A stretch of DNA of 64,000 nucleotides from Orbicella franksi (GCA_964199315.1 OZ116703.1:7812001-7876000), one strand, 5' to 3'; positions 48,318 through 62,464 are shown, counted from the first letter of the stretch. Program-made: numbers and translations. Notes: a model not told the origin generated them from the letters alone.

Positions 48318-51300
48318 GTAAGGTAGATTTACAAGACAGAGTTTATCTCGATTGAGTTTCTTGCGAAAGATTGTTAGGGCGGAGCTCATATTAGCGATTT
48401 CACAACACAGAACTCGAGAGTCGAAAGAAGACATCGGAATTACTTTCAAATTGTCTAGTATTTGCCAAATTGTCTCGTTTCTTGGTAGTTTTCGAGGAAG
48501 GCATGAATTGTATTTCGAGTTTGTAGCTTTAGAATAAAGGTAGAATATTAGCATTACCTGGTTTAGTTTTTCCGAATCGTCAGCTTGGAAGTCTCGTTAT
48601 TAAACTCGTTGAAATTACTGTCTAATTGTCTAGTATCTATTCCACAAATTTACGGAAATCTTTCTAGTTTTCGAGGACGCATTGAATTGATATAAATGTT
48701 GCGCTTTTAAAACGGCCAAGAGAGAAATCGTAAAGTGGAAAAATTGTCCTTAGAAAAAAAAGTCTGCAATTTTAAATGGTGTCTGGTTTTGAGTCAAACA
48801 TATACTGAGTCTTTTGGCGGAAAAAATCTTGCACTATGTAGGATTTTTCCCATCAAAACTCAAAGAACATGCTTGAACTCTGGTTAGACTCTGTTCAAAA
48901 GCGCAGAATTTTTTTTCTTTTTGGCAACCCTACTTAGTCAAAAAATAGTAAAAGAGAGCCTACATTCTGACTAGTTTCCAGGCCCTTTTAAAAGCGCATT
49001 TTTTTTTATTTTGTTTACTTATTCAAATTGTTTGTAAAGAATTTTCATTGCATTATAAAAAGTCAATAAAAGTTATATTGAAGACGCGTGTGTAATTGAC
49101 TTCTATTTGCTGGAGTATTTTTATTGTCTTTAATATTCTTTAACAATGCTAAAATAATGTACACAGTAAAAATCAACACTTGCTGTTTTCATTTAATCTA
49201 ATTTTATTGTTTGTATTGCAAAACAATAAAAGTAAGTAATTAATTAGGTGAAAATCATTTAAATCAAAGTAAAACGTGTGAAGGAAAAAATCGCGTTTAA
49301 AAACTAAGACTTTTGGCGGGAAAATTAAAACAATTTGCACAGCGTTTCCCCTTACAACTTTTTTGAGAAAAATTTAAATAGGTTACCCTTCAGAAGTTTT
49401 TGATCGCGAAAAAATTCTCAAAGGCAACAGTTAACAGAAAATCCCATCAAAAACTACTGCATCACCTGGCATTGAAAAAGCAATTTTGATTGTCAAGGTT
49501 GTTTTTTGTTTCGTTTCGAAATAAGTTTGCCAAAGTCTTAAAATTTCATTTTTCATCGAACTTGACGATGGTTCTTGTACGAGGTGATGCAAGAGTTCCT
49601 CAAGACAGGAAAAAGATGAAATGACAAATGGATCAAATGGGCGACAAAAAATTTAAACTCCGACATGGATTTTTAAATCTAGCAAAGCGAACGTGAAATA
49701 CCGTTTAAACTAACCTCTGTCAGGCGATAACATAGATGGTACACTTCGGATCAGTTGCACAGGAGCAAGAACACTCGTAAATCAAAATCCAATCATTGTC
49801 TCCGCGCAAAATTACCAAATTTCAATGATTTCTAAACCATTTAAGTTCCGAAATAAGTTACATTTTGTCTTCCGATGGGACCGTTCGCTTTGCTCTCTTT
49901 TCCCGTGCAACAACCAAAGTGTAAACACCACAAAATAATCAATATCTGGTAGCACAAAGATGTTTATTCCTAAATAAAGAAAAATTTCTTCGGCCGGTTC
50001 AGTATATTTTATGACTAGTCAAGTCAAAACAATGTCGAAATAATCAACCGTGAAAATTTAAATCTCGTCGAAATGTTTTCGAAAATATTTTACAATATTC
50101 TGAACAAAGCTTACGAAGGAAAATGCTTTTCACTTCTTTTGGAAGTCTAGAAATTTTAACGTTAGAAATGACAAAGGAAAACAAACATGTTTTACAAAGG
50201 CGCCACGAGAACTGTGTATAACAAGGCACGTTTTTAATACTAATTGATATGCAAATATAATCATCCTTGTTAACAAATTTGTTCCTGGTCCGTTTTGGTT
50301 ATGGTTGTCACAAAATTGTTGGCAGCCATTTAAATCTTAAAAAAAATATAATTGCAATAGCTAATTTTAAATGTTCACTTTGTGGTAGATGTACTAAAAG
50401 TTCTCTTTTTGGAGGTCATTGGTAGACAATTGTTCAAAAACTAGAGATAGCAGAATCGACTTTGATTTGCAAATGTTCAAGTAGTTACAGAACAGAAACA
50501 GGTTTTAAATTTTCAGTCGAACTCCGCAGGCCTGAACTCGTTCATACTTTCAAGCTGAAAACATCAACTCTCCTCAACGATTGCCTTACTTGGTCTTACT
50601 TGTAGTCCTGAGAATTTAGTAGCACATCAAGACAATAATTCCTAGTCGATGATTTTGTTCATCACTTTCGCTATACTTGTCTGCTTTTTTTAAAACACCT
50701 TTTATAAACCAGATATTGATCTTAAAGGAATGGTTAACCTTTCAATATCTAGAGGTTAAACTAACGTTGATTCGTCTTTAAGATGGCACTTTCTGAAATT
50801 AAGAGTGGTAGTACGTCCAATAACCTGAAGATATTTTCAATTTATTTTAAAGTAGCTGTGGTACAACAATGTGCAAGAAAAGCTTTGATTTACAGCGAAA
50901 GACAACTATCTCGGTAATTAAGACAATTTAATTTGTTACAGAATTATTTCGTTAGTTCCAAAATATATTTTTCCGTTTCACGCTACAGGCATGCGGTCAC
51001 ACTGAATACATCTTCGAGATTATATTTGATCTGAAGAGAGTAAAATGTGTGATTTTTATTCTAGCAAGATAATTTATTTGCTGTAGAGTTAATTTCGTTG
51101 TTTCCAAATATATTTTGTTGTCGTACAGGCCATTTAAATCTCCTCTTGCCTAAAAAAAAAAGAACTGAAAAATCAATGTTACATTACTTCGTCGATTCCG
51201 AAAAAAAAAACGCATGCGTTTTGATCACAAAAATCAAAAAAAAATTTAGATGGTGTTGCCAAATATAGTGCCACCTTAAAAACTCAACGTTGTTTACCAA

Positions 51301-52659
51301 CTTAAAATATTTCGTGAAATCATATCGACCAAAATGGTGGCTACCAGAATCGCGACCTCGGATTAATTACGGCCCAAGGTTAGCTATTGAAAAATATATA
51401 GCAGTCTTTCGAAACAAATAAATACCCCGACTTTTTCTACTAGAAAAAAACCCTCGACAACTAATCCTTACAACGCAAGCGTCAAATATATTGCCACCAT
51501 TTTGATTGAAAGTTACGAAATTAAAATTCTTATCTCGTGGTCATTTCCAATGTTGAATATAACCATTTGAACTCCTCGTGAATTTCAATTTCTTCTCAAT
51601 TTCGTACGCCGGATCATATACCAATGAATTCCATCTTCGCCGTTAGGCCATTTTCTGTCCTTAAAAAGAAGACAATAAAGAGAAACATAAGCTTTTTCTC
51701 GGGACAAATGTATTCCCAGGATACACTATTACAACTAGGGCAAGCAGCGACGAAAGCTCGTATGAACCAGCTGCACGTGGTAACGGTTTTCAACTTTCCG
51801 GGAGCAACACGCAACGAGAAGAACAGGAAATATCAAACAAATTCAGCGCACATCTTCCAAACTTGCACAAAGATTATCTCTTAACCCTTTGCCGACTGAA
51901 ACATTTCATCTCAGTGATTGCAAAACTACGACTATCTGGAGTCTGAACGAAGATGTGTGCAGGACTGCGAGCGAAGGGTGGAACTTAACTTTCGGAAAGT
52001 AAAAATTGTTCCGTTTGGTGAAGGGCAAAAAGATAAGAACATGCACTCACCATGAACATTTAAATACTTGTATCTCGTCGTGCTCTATCTTCTTCTAAGG
52101 AAGAACAAGGCCAGATGCGACATCACCAGGAACACATAAATCCACGTCTTCACGCTTTGACCAAGTGTTTGGTTTGACGCAAGTTCCACAAGTAGTCATG
52201 AATATTGATTACAGACTAGAACCAATCTCTGACTAAATCGTCGCTGCATATTTTCATGACTTGGATTTTAATTCTTATGCAAAACTATTGTATCACTTCA
52301 AAAACATCACATCTTTCCATTTTTAGGCTTTATTAAAACAGTAACACGTGAAATTAAAATACATTTGTAAAGACTGACTCACGCGGCCGTTATATTTCGT
52401 TAAATAAACCTTTTCTGGTAATCTCATAAGTCGATTTTTGCAGGTTTTCAAATATCCCGTGCTAAGACCTGATGGCCTACGAATCAAAGCTTATAATAAA
52501 GTACAAGCTAGAAACTATTTAAAAAGAAAAGAACTACTTGAATTAAACTGGTTTTAAAGTCTGATATTTGCATAACTTTATTACTTTTAAATGTTGTCAT
52601 TTAATGAAGGCATTGTAACAAAATCGAGGTATTTTCGTTGGAAATCATGGGCTCCCTTG

Positions 52660-53720
52660 TAGATTCCCAACTACTTTCCAATTGCATTCGCAACCCCGTG
52701 GGCTTTTCGCAATGTACTCCGGATCCGGCTTGTGCATTTCCTCTTACTTTTCTCTTTCCGTTTCTTCTTCTAACCCCTGCGCTTCCTGCCACACGCAAAG
52801 TCGTTTCTTCATCCATGGGTCTCCCTCACCGACATCCGTGAACACCTAGTGGAATATAGTTGTGCTCGTCCATTATGTCGTGACCTGCCTGCGTTATGCG
52901 CCTCACGTGCATTGTCGCGGGTGTTCTGCGTTTGGTTATGGCTTTCGTCAGTTGTGCTTTCAGATACATAGCCCCGTGCGTTAGCCACGAGTACCCGGCG
53001 AGTTCCTTGCGATGTCGCTCATACTTTTGTCGTGAGTTTTCCAATGTCTTTGCCTATTTGTTACAACGTAGGTTTCCTCTTGCATTTCGTCATCTGTTTC
53101 TCTATGCATACTTCGCGTGCATTCTTTTTGCGTCCCTTCTGTTTCCCTTGCGTTTCTCAATACGCAACCCCATGCGTTCCCCTCGGTTTCATGGTGAGGT
53201 CTCTCCCACGTCCCCTGTGTATTTACCGTGGGTGCCCCTATGTGTTTTCCCGCTCGTTGCACCACGCGTTTCCTGTCAGTTCCCTATTACATTTCCTGTG
53301 CATTTACTGTGGGGTTCCCTAAAGTCTTTCTTGTCCGATACTCCGTGCATCCGTTGTGCGAATTGCGCAATTAATCTCGGTTCCCCATGCGTTCCCCATG
53401 CGTTCCCCGTGCGTTCCCCGTGCGTTCCGCGGGTGTTTCCTCGTGTCTTCAGTACATGTTCCCTGATGTTTTCCAATGGATTTCTCGATGGTTTCCCGGG
53501 TGGTCCCTGCAATATTCGATGAGCCTTCCTTGCGTGTGACACCGCGGCGTCGGTTTGCTCACTCATGACACAGCGCTTTTCATGTGCGTTTCCTCGTCTT
53601 CTTCCTCGCACGTTTCCTTTTGAAATTCCCGTACATGTCCTTTGCTCCCCTTTGAATTTCCTGTGTTCCGCCCGCGACTTCTAGTGTTCCCCAGGGGTTC
53701 CCGATCGGGTTTCCTCCCAG
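52660..53720. repeat. Strand-biased degenerate low-complexity repeat (GCGTTCCC-like motifs)
   Basis: A-poor, C/T-rich plus strand with recurring gcgttcc / gtgttcc / gtttcc. Confidence 0.6.
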
Positions 53721-54828
53721 TACCTTAGCCGTACATTCGTTGACCCTTGTGTTCCTTCACAAATTTACTTTCGATCTTTTTAAGCGTTCCCTTTGCATTT
53801 CGTGTCCGCTCGAAAAGCTGCCTGTTCCCAGGGCGTCTTACAACGCAGTCAGTCAGTGAAAAAACGAGGCAAGGATTAAGAGAAAAATTCAAAAAGCGTA
53901 AGATAAGCGCTTCGAGGTGAAATGGATCTGAAATCTGAAATCTGGTGAACTTTATCTCGCTCAAAGGCAGCAAAACATTCCATGATAGAATTTTGGTAAA
54001 TGTATTGGATGGTGTGAAACTAACAAATGCGACACTTTTCATATATTGTGCTAATTATCAACGCGGTTTCAGTTTTTTTTGTAAATTTCAAACCTTTTGT
54101 GGTTTCAAAACTTAAATGATTAAAGGAAAACGAATCGAACTCTGGTATAGCCCTTGCCTAGTTAGTTCCTGTCGGGCTTTCTCCTAGGTCTTCACGGTCG
54201 ATTGATTTCGGTGACGTATCCGAGACGACACTTTTCGCCCCAGAGCACGTGACCCGAAACGGTTGACCGAGACGAAATATCGAGGCCTAGGAACTCGGAA
54301 AGTATAACCCTATCAGATGACGACAGCGTTCAAGTGTGCTATTCTTGGTAGAAGTGGGAAGCTACTTAGTTCCACTTGATTGCGCTGAGAGTTTAAGTGG
54401 GCAGAGAGAACACTTTTTTCTTTATAATCATCCCCATGGGACCACGTCATACTGAGGCACTTAAAACATTTCGTTGATTGGCCGTTATGAATTAAAGTAA
54501 GTGGGATTTCCGTCTAATGAGGCGCATAATTTAAAAGGGAACATCGGAAACTAATTTTGGAAATAAAGCCCTTACTTGTTATGGCAAATAATAGTGATGC
54601 ATTATATTGTAAAAATACAATGATAAAGTTGAAATGCAAATGAAGAGAGTGGTACAATTGAACCGACGGTGAACATAAAAGATATGTAAAAATCTCCAGG
54701 TGTGGAAGAGTTTGTTGAAAAGGAAACTGCGTCATCAGAAAACAGTTTGGACAAGATATAACAGAGAGAGGTTCACCCGCTGAATTAGGTTGTAAACTTA
54801 AGCCAAAACTGAATAAGTTCAGTAAGCG

Positions 54829-55893
54829 ATGAACTCGACCCAGCTTAGCGTTGAAATGGGTCCGCCTGTTTGCCCAATTCACGTTTCCCTAGGAAGAAGA
54901 CTTCCACCTTCTGCTACTGAAGCTAAAGCGGTTTTAACTTTCCTTACCATCATCAACATACTCGCCATCCCTTTCACGACTGTTTTGAACGCAATGGTAA
55001 TAGCGGCCGTGAAAACAAAAGCGCGGATGAGAGCCAGCAAGTCTAACACACTACTCGCGTGTTTGGCTACAACCGACTTAATGGTGGGTGTAGGTGTTCA
55101 ACCCGTGTTCACGGCGTTAATGATAACAATCATTCATGGTGACCACACGAGTGGATCCTGTACAGTGGAAGTTGCTGCACAAATGATCTCCAATCTTGTA
55201 TGTGTGGCTTCCCTTGTTCACCTTGTGTTAATTAGTGGAGAGAGATTTCTCGCAATGAAATACACTTACGAGTACAATGCCGGCCTGGTCACTGAAAAGC
55301 GTTTGCTTATTGCTTCCGGTGTGGGTTGGCTCTTAACTCTTATTCTGTATATTCCACTTTTCATTGACAAAGCTGTATTTTATCTCCTGAATAACGCTTT
55401 TGTTGCCTTATGCCTCGTTACCATTGTGCTCTGCAATATCACGGTGTTCCGCGAGGTTCACCGACACGAAAAGGGAATTTCAAGTCAGCAACTAACAGAA
55501 GAGGCAAGGCGAAAATTCCTGAAAGAGAAGAAAGCCTTTAAACTTACAGCTATCATATTTGCAATGCTGTTCCTCTGTTATATGCCTTTGTGGACATCGA
55601 GAATTATTTTAGCATTCCATCGGAATAGGATGTCTACAGAAACAGTGTATGAATGCTTGTTTGTAACCTCAACGTTCCTAATACTCAACTCGTTGGTTAA
55701 TCCAGTTATCTACTCGGTCAGAGTCAGACAATTTCGCGTGGCATTTGTCGAGTTAACTTGTAGAACCGCAAACATTGCCGAGGCTGAACAAATTGAGATG
55801 CGATTGTTTGGCTCACCGAACGCTGAGGTCAGACTGGAATCAGGACAGCAATGCCACAAAACAACAAAGCGTGGGGCAGGGCAAGAACCTTAG
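54829..55893 (+). CDS. Class A (rhodopsin-like) GPCR, intronless, 354 aa
   Basis: Seven hydrophobic segments; TM2 LATTD, TM3 ERF (DRY variant), TM4 W, TM6 CYMP, TM7 NPVIY; N-terminal NST sequon; very short ECL2. Confidence 0.93.
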   Translation: MNSTQLSVEMGPPVCPIHVSLGRRLPPSATEAKAVLTFLTIINILAIPFTTVLNAMVIAAVKTKARMRASKSNTLLACLATTDLMVGVGVQPVFTALMITIIHGDHTSGSCTVEVAAQMISNLVCVASLVHLVLISGERFLAMKYTYEYNAGLVTEKRLLIASGVGWLLTLILYIPLFIDKAVFYLLNNAFVALCLVTIVLCNITVFREVHRHEKGISSQQLTEEARRKFLKEKKAFKLTAIIFAMLFLCYMPLWTSRIILAFHRNRMSTETVYECLFVTSTFLILNSLVNPVIYSVRVRQFRVAFVELTCRTANIAEAEQIEMRLFGSPNAEVRLESGQQCHKTTKRGAGQEP

Positions 55894-58800
55894 GTACACT
55901 CTTTCTTTTTTATTAGAATATGTTTTATAAGAATACCGAGGCTGAAATTTGCCAAATTTTAAGTATATTTTAAGAATAAACCCGAGACTGAGATGATACA
56001 ATTGTATGTTTTTAACTAAACCGTAAAAAATTCTTTCTTCAAACGGCAAAACTGGCCAAAAAGCAACAGAAACAGCACTAGCGTATGTTCGATGCTAAGA
56101 ACACTTCTACAGGAAGTCAAGTGCGCGATGTCAGGTGTTGATGCCAGCAGGCTGGCTCCAAAATTACTTTAACAGCATGCGGACACCAAATACATTCGAA
56201 AACAGAAATATCATACGCTATAATCTAAGAATATTCGCAAGAATATTTTCAGCTTAAAATAGGCAGAAAAATAGGAATATTCAGCCTCGGCTGGAAAAAC
56301 AATATTCTTATAAAAAAGTCAGTACAGTTACTAGGCTCGATTTCCGCCGCTTTCTCGAGTCCGGTCTACAGTTCGGGGGAGGAGCGCGGGCTCTTTTCCT
56401 GAACAGCGGCTGGTAATCGAGCCTATACAGTTACGTGTTACATCAAATGTATCTACTTGGTGCGGGCCGAGATGTCCCAAAGCCGAGAAGCACTAATCCA
56501 AATAAAAGTAAATTAAAGTTTCTATTGTTTTTCGTTTAAAGTGATTTTCCGGCAATCCTTTGAGGAGTTTGACAGTCGTCAAATTAAAACGAAACAAGCC
56601 TGAAACTTCACAGTAAAGTTTACAAGCTCGAGCACAATATTCTGGACACGAATAGCTCAAATTTCGGGACTGCCCTTAACAACCGCCGCTAAGGCAAATG
56701 TAGTAACAACACACATCACATAACCTGTAGTATTTATATATTTTAATAAATAATCTTTCCATAGTCTTGTTAATGTCAAGAACACGGCCACGATACCCGC
56801 TAGAAATCAAGACAATTAAAATAGGTTACAAATTTCACCGACAGCACACTACACCGGGATCAAACTTGGTTTGCACTCTTCATTATAAAATAATGGTACT
56901 AAAAAGTATTCTGACTGGATTGCTGTCTGTTTTCTTCACAACACAACAAGAGTTATCTCCCAATAGGTGAATCGTTGCTGACGTCATTGCTTATGATAAT
57001 CTTTAACCCAGTCCTCACTCTGTTGGCCGTGGGAGATCTGGGTGCGAGAATAGTCCATGAGCATACGACTTGAAAAGGCATCATGCTATAAATATTACAT
57101 GAAAAGATTTGCGAGACTCGATAAACGGGAAAATGTTTGGCACTTCGTGTGTAATATTGAGTACCCTGCAAGCAGTTGGTTTCTCTCAAGCCGAAGGCTA
57201 CGCTGCATAGCCTAAGAGAAACTAACTGCTCTTAGGGTAAATATTGAGTGACATTACTAGCTTCCAAAAACACGCAAAATGTCTTTGTAGGGAAAGCGCT
57301 AATACATTCTGTGTAAAATTCTGTGTAGTTAAGCGCGCGAGACACAAAAGGCGTTAAATGCTTCGAACTCAAATTGTAATGACAGCCTATCGTGCAGCGC
57401 TCTCTTAGTACTTAAGAGTTGATATTCTTGTGTCTTGTACCAGATACTGTAGCGCTTATTCCAATGAGGCAACTATTGTAAACAAAGATTCACCTATATT
57501 ACATGTAACGTGTTACAGAAATGCAGAAAATAATTCCAAGAAAACGCCAGTCAAGCCTGTAGATCGCGTAGGTGGAAAAAAACTCAATGGGTAAATATAA
57601 CAAAACGGCAGTGAAGAATGGTTTAGATCGGGGAGGATTGAGGGAGTGAACGATCGACGAACTTAGGCTACGTTTTTCAAGACACACCATCTGTGATGTA
57701 GGTTCTTAAAAGATTATGTCCAGTCCGTTCTGCGCAGTCTCAGCACCCAATTTTTGTGAATCTCACTCGATGGAATGCGAATCGACGTTATTCGTTAGAA
57801 CCGCTTACCTTATCTTTGAGCCACTTTGAATTCTTTTTCCAACAGTGTCTGATTTTTCCAGCTACGAAGTTGTTTTACTTAGTGATGTCAGAAAGAACGA
57901 AGCATAAAACTTCGATTCCATAATGGCGGTTGACGCGAAACTTTGAACTTACTTCATGTAAGTAGTTGCGAAATGTTACGTATTGTGACGTCTTACATGG
58001 ATTAAAACAAAATAATGTAACCAATATCTCGAGAGTGCGCAGTACGGACTGGGAATCATCTTAAACACATTAAGTGTTATTTCGCACCTTTCGTTGAACA
58101 GAAAGAAAATTGCTCCACACCTGTATTTTATACAGTCTGATTCACACTGCACATTTGAGGCTAAGATTTCTCCCGTATTTCCATCCAACTGTTCAACACA
58201 GGTGAGTGTTCCTTTCTTATTATCATTTCATCTCGTAATTTCAATTTACACCATCAAGAGAGAATGAAGAGTAAACGAGTTGATTCCCCATATAGACCTT
58301 ATTCCAAAGTTACCCCCTCTCAACTTATTTTTAGATTTCACGCCCGGTTTCAGAAATCCCAGGAGTGTGCAGCAATAGCCAATCCTGTGACGCGCACAGG
58401 TCACGTGGAAAGCCCAATCAGCTTTACACGCATTTGAGTCCTCCACGACAAGCAACGCGCGTGGTAACACTAACCGCAGAGGTAGGTACCATGGTACTGG
58501 TTTTAGAATCTAGGTACCATGTCTAAAAATAACTTGAGGGAATACCTTGGGTCACAGGGATTACCTCTCTCTTCATCCTCTCTTAACATCATCCAATAGC
58601 TGTCTTTAAATTACATTTTGCAACCCTCTTGAAGCTAAAAATTAAAGGCGAAACTCAAACTCATTTGTCTCCTGATTGCGAGCCAAGACCTTCAGTAACT
58701 TCTGAACTCAACAGTAACTAAACTGAACTAATTATAAACAAAGGAAAAGATCTGATTGGCCAAGCAGCGAGCCTTAGAAACGCAACGTGATTGGTACAAA

Positions 58801-59667
58801 AGAACTTTGAAATGTGCGTGCTGATGCCTTATAAGAAATTTTCATTTTCCTTAACTGTTTTTCTCTTCTCGCCGTTTTTCCCAAAGGTGCGAGAAAGGTA
58901 AAATTCTAAAACCAATTTCCTCCTTCTCTCGCTCCTGGAATTCACTTGAATCACTATGAATTGTTTCTGTGAACTACTCAAACAATGTTAACTTTGGGGG
59001 GAATGTTATTATAATTTGTTACCTACAGGAAAATCTGAACCACCTGATCTGAGGCAGTAAGAATATATTATAAAGCCCCCAAATGTGAAGAAAAAAATTC
59101 ATTTTAACATCCCATAGAACTATTTAAAGAAGACTTCTATGTTGCTACACAAATTCTTAAATCATAGAAAATTGTCTGTGCGATTTCCAATTCGCCTCAA
59201 AACATGAACCCGGTTATATAATAGTAAATAATTATATCTGAATCAACAGATAAGTAAATAAGTGACTTATCACTAAATGGCAATGTCACACGTCAACGGA
59301 AGGACGTCTTCCAGACAGAATTGCTACAAATTGTCACGTGAAGAAGGCGTGAACGCAGATCAAACAAGGACGAGAGGCCAATTCCAACTTATAGCTGCTA
59401 AATTTCCACGAGTCTACGACATTTCATTCATTTCGTAGGAACACCACGCCTGCTTTCGCATGCTCTTCGCTCGTTTAACCGCGCGCTGATGATACACTCG
59501 CGAGAGAAGAACTAACAGTACCGTCCAAAAATCATTCACCAACCCTTCCCGACTCTCGAACTCGTTTGATCCGACCTATTCTTAAACAGAACACAGTTCT
59601 ATACAGTTTGAACACACAGAGGTCACACGGAGGTTACCGCAAGCAACAGGGCTAAAGTCGCTACGTG

Positions 59668-59787
59668 CTATTTGGCTTCAGGCTTCACCGCCGGTGAACG
59701 AATCGTGAAGTAGCTAATGTTGAGATACTCGCAGATTTGGCAACCCAGTGCAAAGTTATAGCGTAACTGCTCAAAGATCACATGGCC
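59668..59787 (-). CDS. CEPT1: CEPT1/CHPT1-like, terminal exon
   Basis: Acceptor ctttctcttttcctgttctAG; GHVIFEQLRYNFALGCQICEYLNISYFTIRSPAVKPEAK*; upstream exons appear to lie beyond position 64000. Confidence 0.88.
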   Translation of the reverse strand, partial: GHVIFEQLRYNFALGCQICEYLNISYFTIRSPAVKPEAK

Positions 59788-60818
59788 CTAGAACAGGAAA
59801 AGAGAAAGAGCAAGTCAATGCTAGGAGGCTGTCATGATGGAAAAAAAAAAATTCGTAAGTCTATGCATGTTAAAGTAACGAGACCAAGACGGCAACGTCT
59901 ATATGAACGTAAATTTTAATAAAGATATATTTTAAAATCGCGCAACATCGTCGGTGACAGAACTATCTTCTCGCTGACAGAAGGAACCGTTTAATCACCA
60001 GAGGAAGAAAGAAAAAAAGATGAGAACTTCACTGCCGTTGTTCACGTTTTCCACAAATCCCTAATAGGTGTATTTGACGTTACCAAACGTACAATACAAG
60101 TGCAGCCATGGCGCTGCTCATTAACCAGACGTTTTAGTCGGACGTGCTGCTGTCGGTTGCCGTTGTACTGTGCGTACACAACAGTACCACTACATCTATC
60201 TTACATATATGTTATCGAACAAGCGTGAGGGTCCGTATTGGAGATACATTCTCCCCCAGTTTTGCCCATCCATGACCCCTTTGGCATTTCTGCGTTTCCT
60301 TTGAGTTCCTCTACAACTTTAAGCCGTTGTTGGGATACTTGACTAATGTAAGTCCCGGGGGGTACCCCCTTATATGGGCTATAAAGGTATGTGCGGCCCC
60401 AAAGGGTATGGTTTTGCAGCCGTTTTGGCCATAAATAGGGCATGTTTTTTGCACTCTAGTCTTGCAATGGGTATAATTTTTAGAAGAAGCTACCTTTTCA
60501 TCATTATCGATAAGACTATCAAAAAAAGCCCTTCACAAATTATGTTTACGACAACCGTGTACATGCCGCAACGGTCATAAATAGGAAATCGAATTTTTGG
60601 TCAAGTCTTAAATAGGGTAGGAAAAATCGCAGATCATGAATGGGGTTGGGGTTTTGGGAAGCGGGCCGCACACCCTCACCCGATTTTTCTGGGAGTATCC
60701 ACCCCCCCCCCCCCCCGGGTGTAAGTCCCGCTAGATAATCAGTGCTAAATTTGCGTAAAACGAGGTAACCTTTCCTTTTTATTTCACCAGTCATAGAGTA
60801 AAGAAAGGTCGTACTCAC

Positions 60819-60944
60819 CATCATACACCACAGTAAAACGTGCTCGTTGAAAGGCGAGCCATAATGAATGTTAAGAATCTGAAGTATTCCTCCAATCATT
60901 GTGGAATCTTTGAACTCTACAGGACTCCGTGTCATGCAGCCAAC
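60819..60944 (-). CDS. CEPT1: CEPT1/CHPT1-like, penultimate exon
   Basis: VGCMTRSPVEFKDSTMIGGILQILNIHYGSPFNEHVLLWCMM; AG/GTGAGT; 126 nt. Confidence 0.88.
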
Positions 60945-62305
60945 CTAGTAACAGTGATAAAGACGCACTATCTAATGCTGCGATACACTTCACAGAGTTC
61001 CTAACACGCCCTTAAATCACTTGAAGATCGTTGAGTGGGAGGTAAAGCGGCCGGCACGCGCTTCGTTCTCAATATTCGCGCGGCCTATTTTACCGCTTGC
61101 TTCTTGCAGAAAATACAATAGGCAGGCCCTGTTTTTCAAAAAGTCCCTGCAAACACTTGAAAAACTGAATATATCAAACTTAAACTTGTTCTCAGGTATA
61201 ACTTGGCGTTTTGCAATATTTTATTAACTTTACAGTGCTAACTTTAACGAATTGACGTCAGTTTTTCATGCGTCTGTCCTGTTATAGATCATAACAGGAC
61301 AGACGCATGAAAACATGACGTCAATTTGTTTTTTACAATGACAAATTGACCGCTCGTTGAAGCATCGCATAAATTATAAATTCATGTGTCTGTCCGCTTA
61401 TTGACAATGAAATTTAGCCAATGAGCGCACCAGAATTTCTGCAGTTATCGTAAAAATAATAATCGAGGCTCCCACGGAATTCGATGCTATGAACTACCGC
61501 CTCTGATCAACACGTATATGAGTATTACAGAGGCCTTTTAATGATAATAGCAAAAGTAAACAGAGTCACATGTGTACCACTTCTGAGATAGAAATGTTAG
61601 AGAGTCGCGTTGGTTTTCCAAAACAGTGAAACAGTGGCCATGTTAATGTCCCAAAATTTTGTTCCAATAAATTTGCATGGCTCTGGCTACATAAGTGGAA
61701 ACGCTGTGTGGTTTCTACCAGTGTGCAATGAAACTTGTGTCCGATAGCCCAAGGCTAGAGGATTTGCCGTTTGCCAATACATTCTGCTAAGTTTCTTGGG
61801 AAAGGTTTTGAGGAAATTCAAATCCCAGTATTACTGTCAAGTGATGAAATTTTAGATGGCTAGTGAGAATGACTTTTGGGTTAGTACATCATTGTAACAC
61901 CTTGCCCCCAAAATTGATATTCTTTTCACCCCGCTCTGCGTGAAATTTTTGAAATCATAAAGGGGAATTCCTTTTTCAGCAACAAATGTTAATGCACCAA
62001 GCACCCAGGAATATGGTCAAAATCTTGAATTTTGACTTTATGTTAGGATTAGAATCAATGAAGATACAGTGGAATGCTGGGCCACACAAATCTTGCCGTA
62101 TTAATGGGGTGGCTGTATTAAAGGCATTCTTCAAAATAAGAAAATGACGTGAATGAGCTTTTGTTTGCGCCAGCATAAAGTGGCTGTCATAACTAAGCGG
62201 CCATATTAACAGTGTGGCCGTAAGGCGGGGTTCCATTGTATCTTGATGGCAAATACTAACAACAACCAAACACAACAATAATATTGAATACTAGTTATTA
62301 CATAC

Positions 62306-62464
62306 CACTAGCTTGATGGTGATCTTGGAGCACGCCATGCCAAATGCCATGACAAACAAACACGGGTGTTTTTGAAATATATTTATAGATGAGATCCTAG
62401 CAGTAAGATATGCCATATATAGCATGACAGCGATGGGAAATAACGGAGATAAAACACTGGTTCC
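62306..62464 (-). CDS. CEPT1: Choline/ethanolamine phosphotransferase (CEPT1/CHPT1-like), third-last exon
   Basis: GTSVLSPLFPIAVMLYMAYLTARISSINIFQKHPCLFVMAFGMACSKITIKLV; matches recalled GTSVLSP...HPCLY...KITNKLV; AG/GTATGT, phase 0/0. Confidence 0.9.

Noticed and set aside
48340-52600. Coding or large-element content in the AT-rich block
   Set aside because: No recognisable domains, TIRs or TSDs; one ATG-less ~85-codon open stretch near 51690-51945 has no support.
52896-53611. 208-aa and overlapping ORFs
   Set aside because: Low-complexity, stop-poor composition; no domain motifs or splice support.
56953-57189. Possible CEPT1 terminal exon
   Set aside because: The exon at 59668-59787 has a stronger acceptor, correct phase and a much better motif match.
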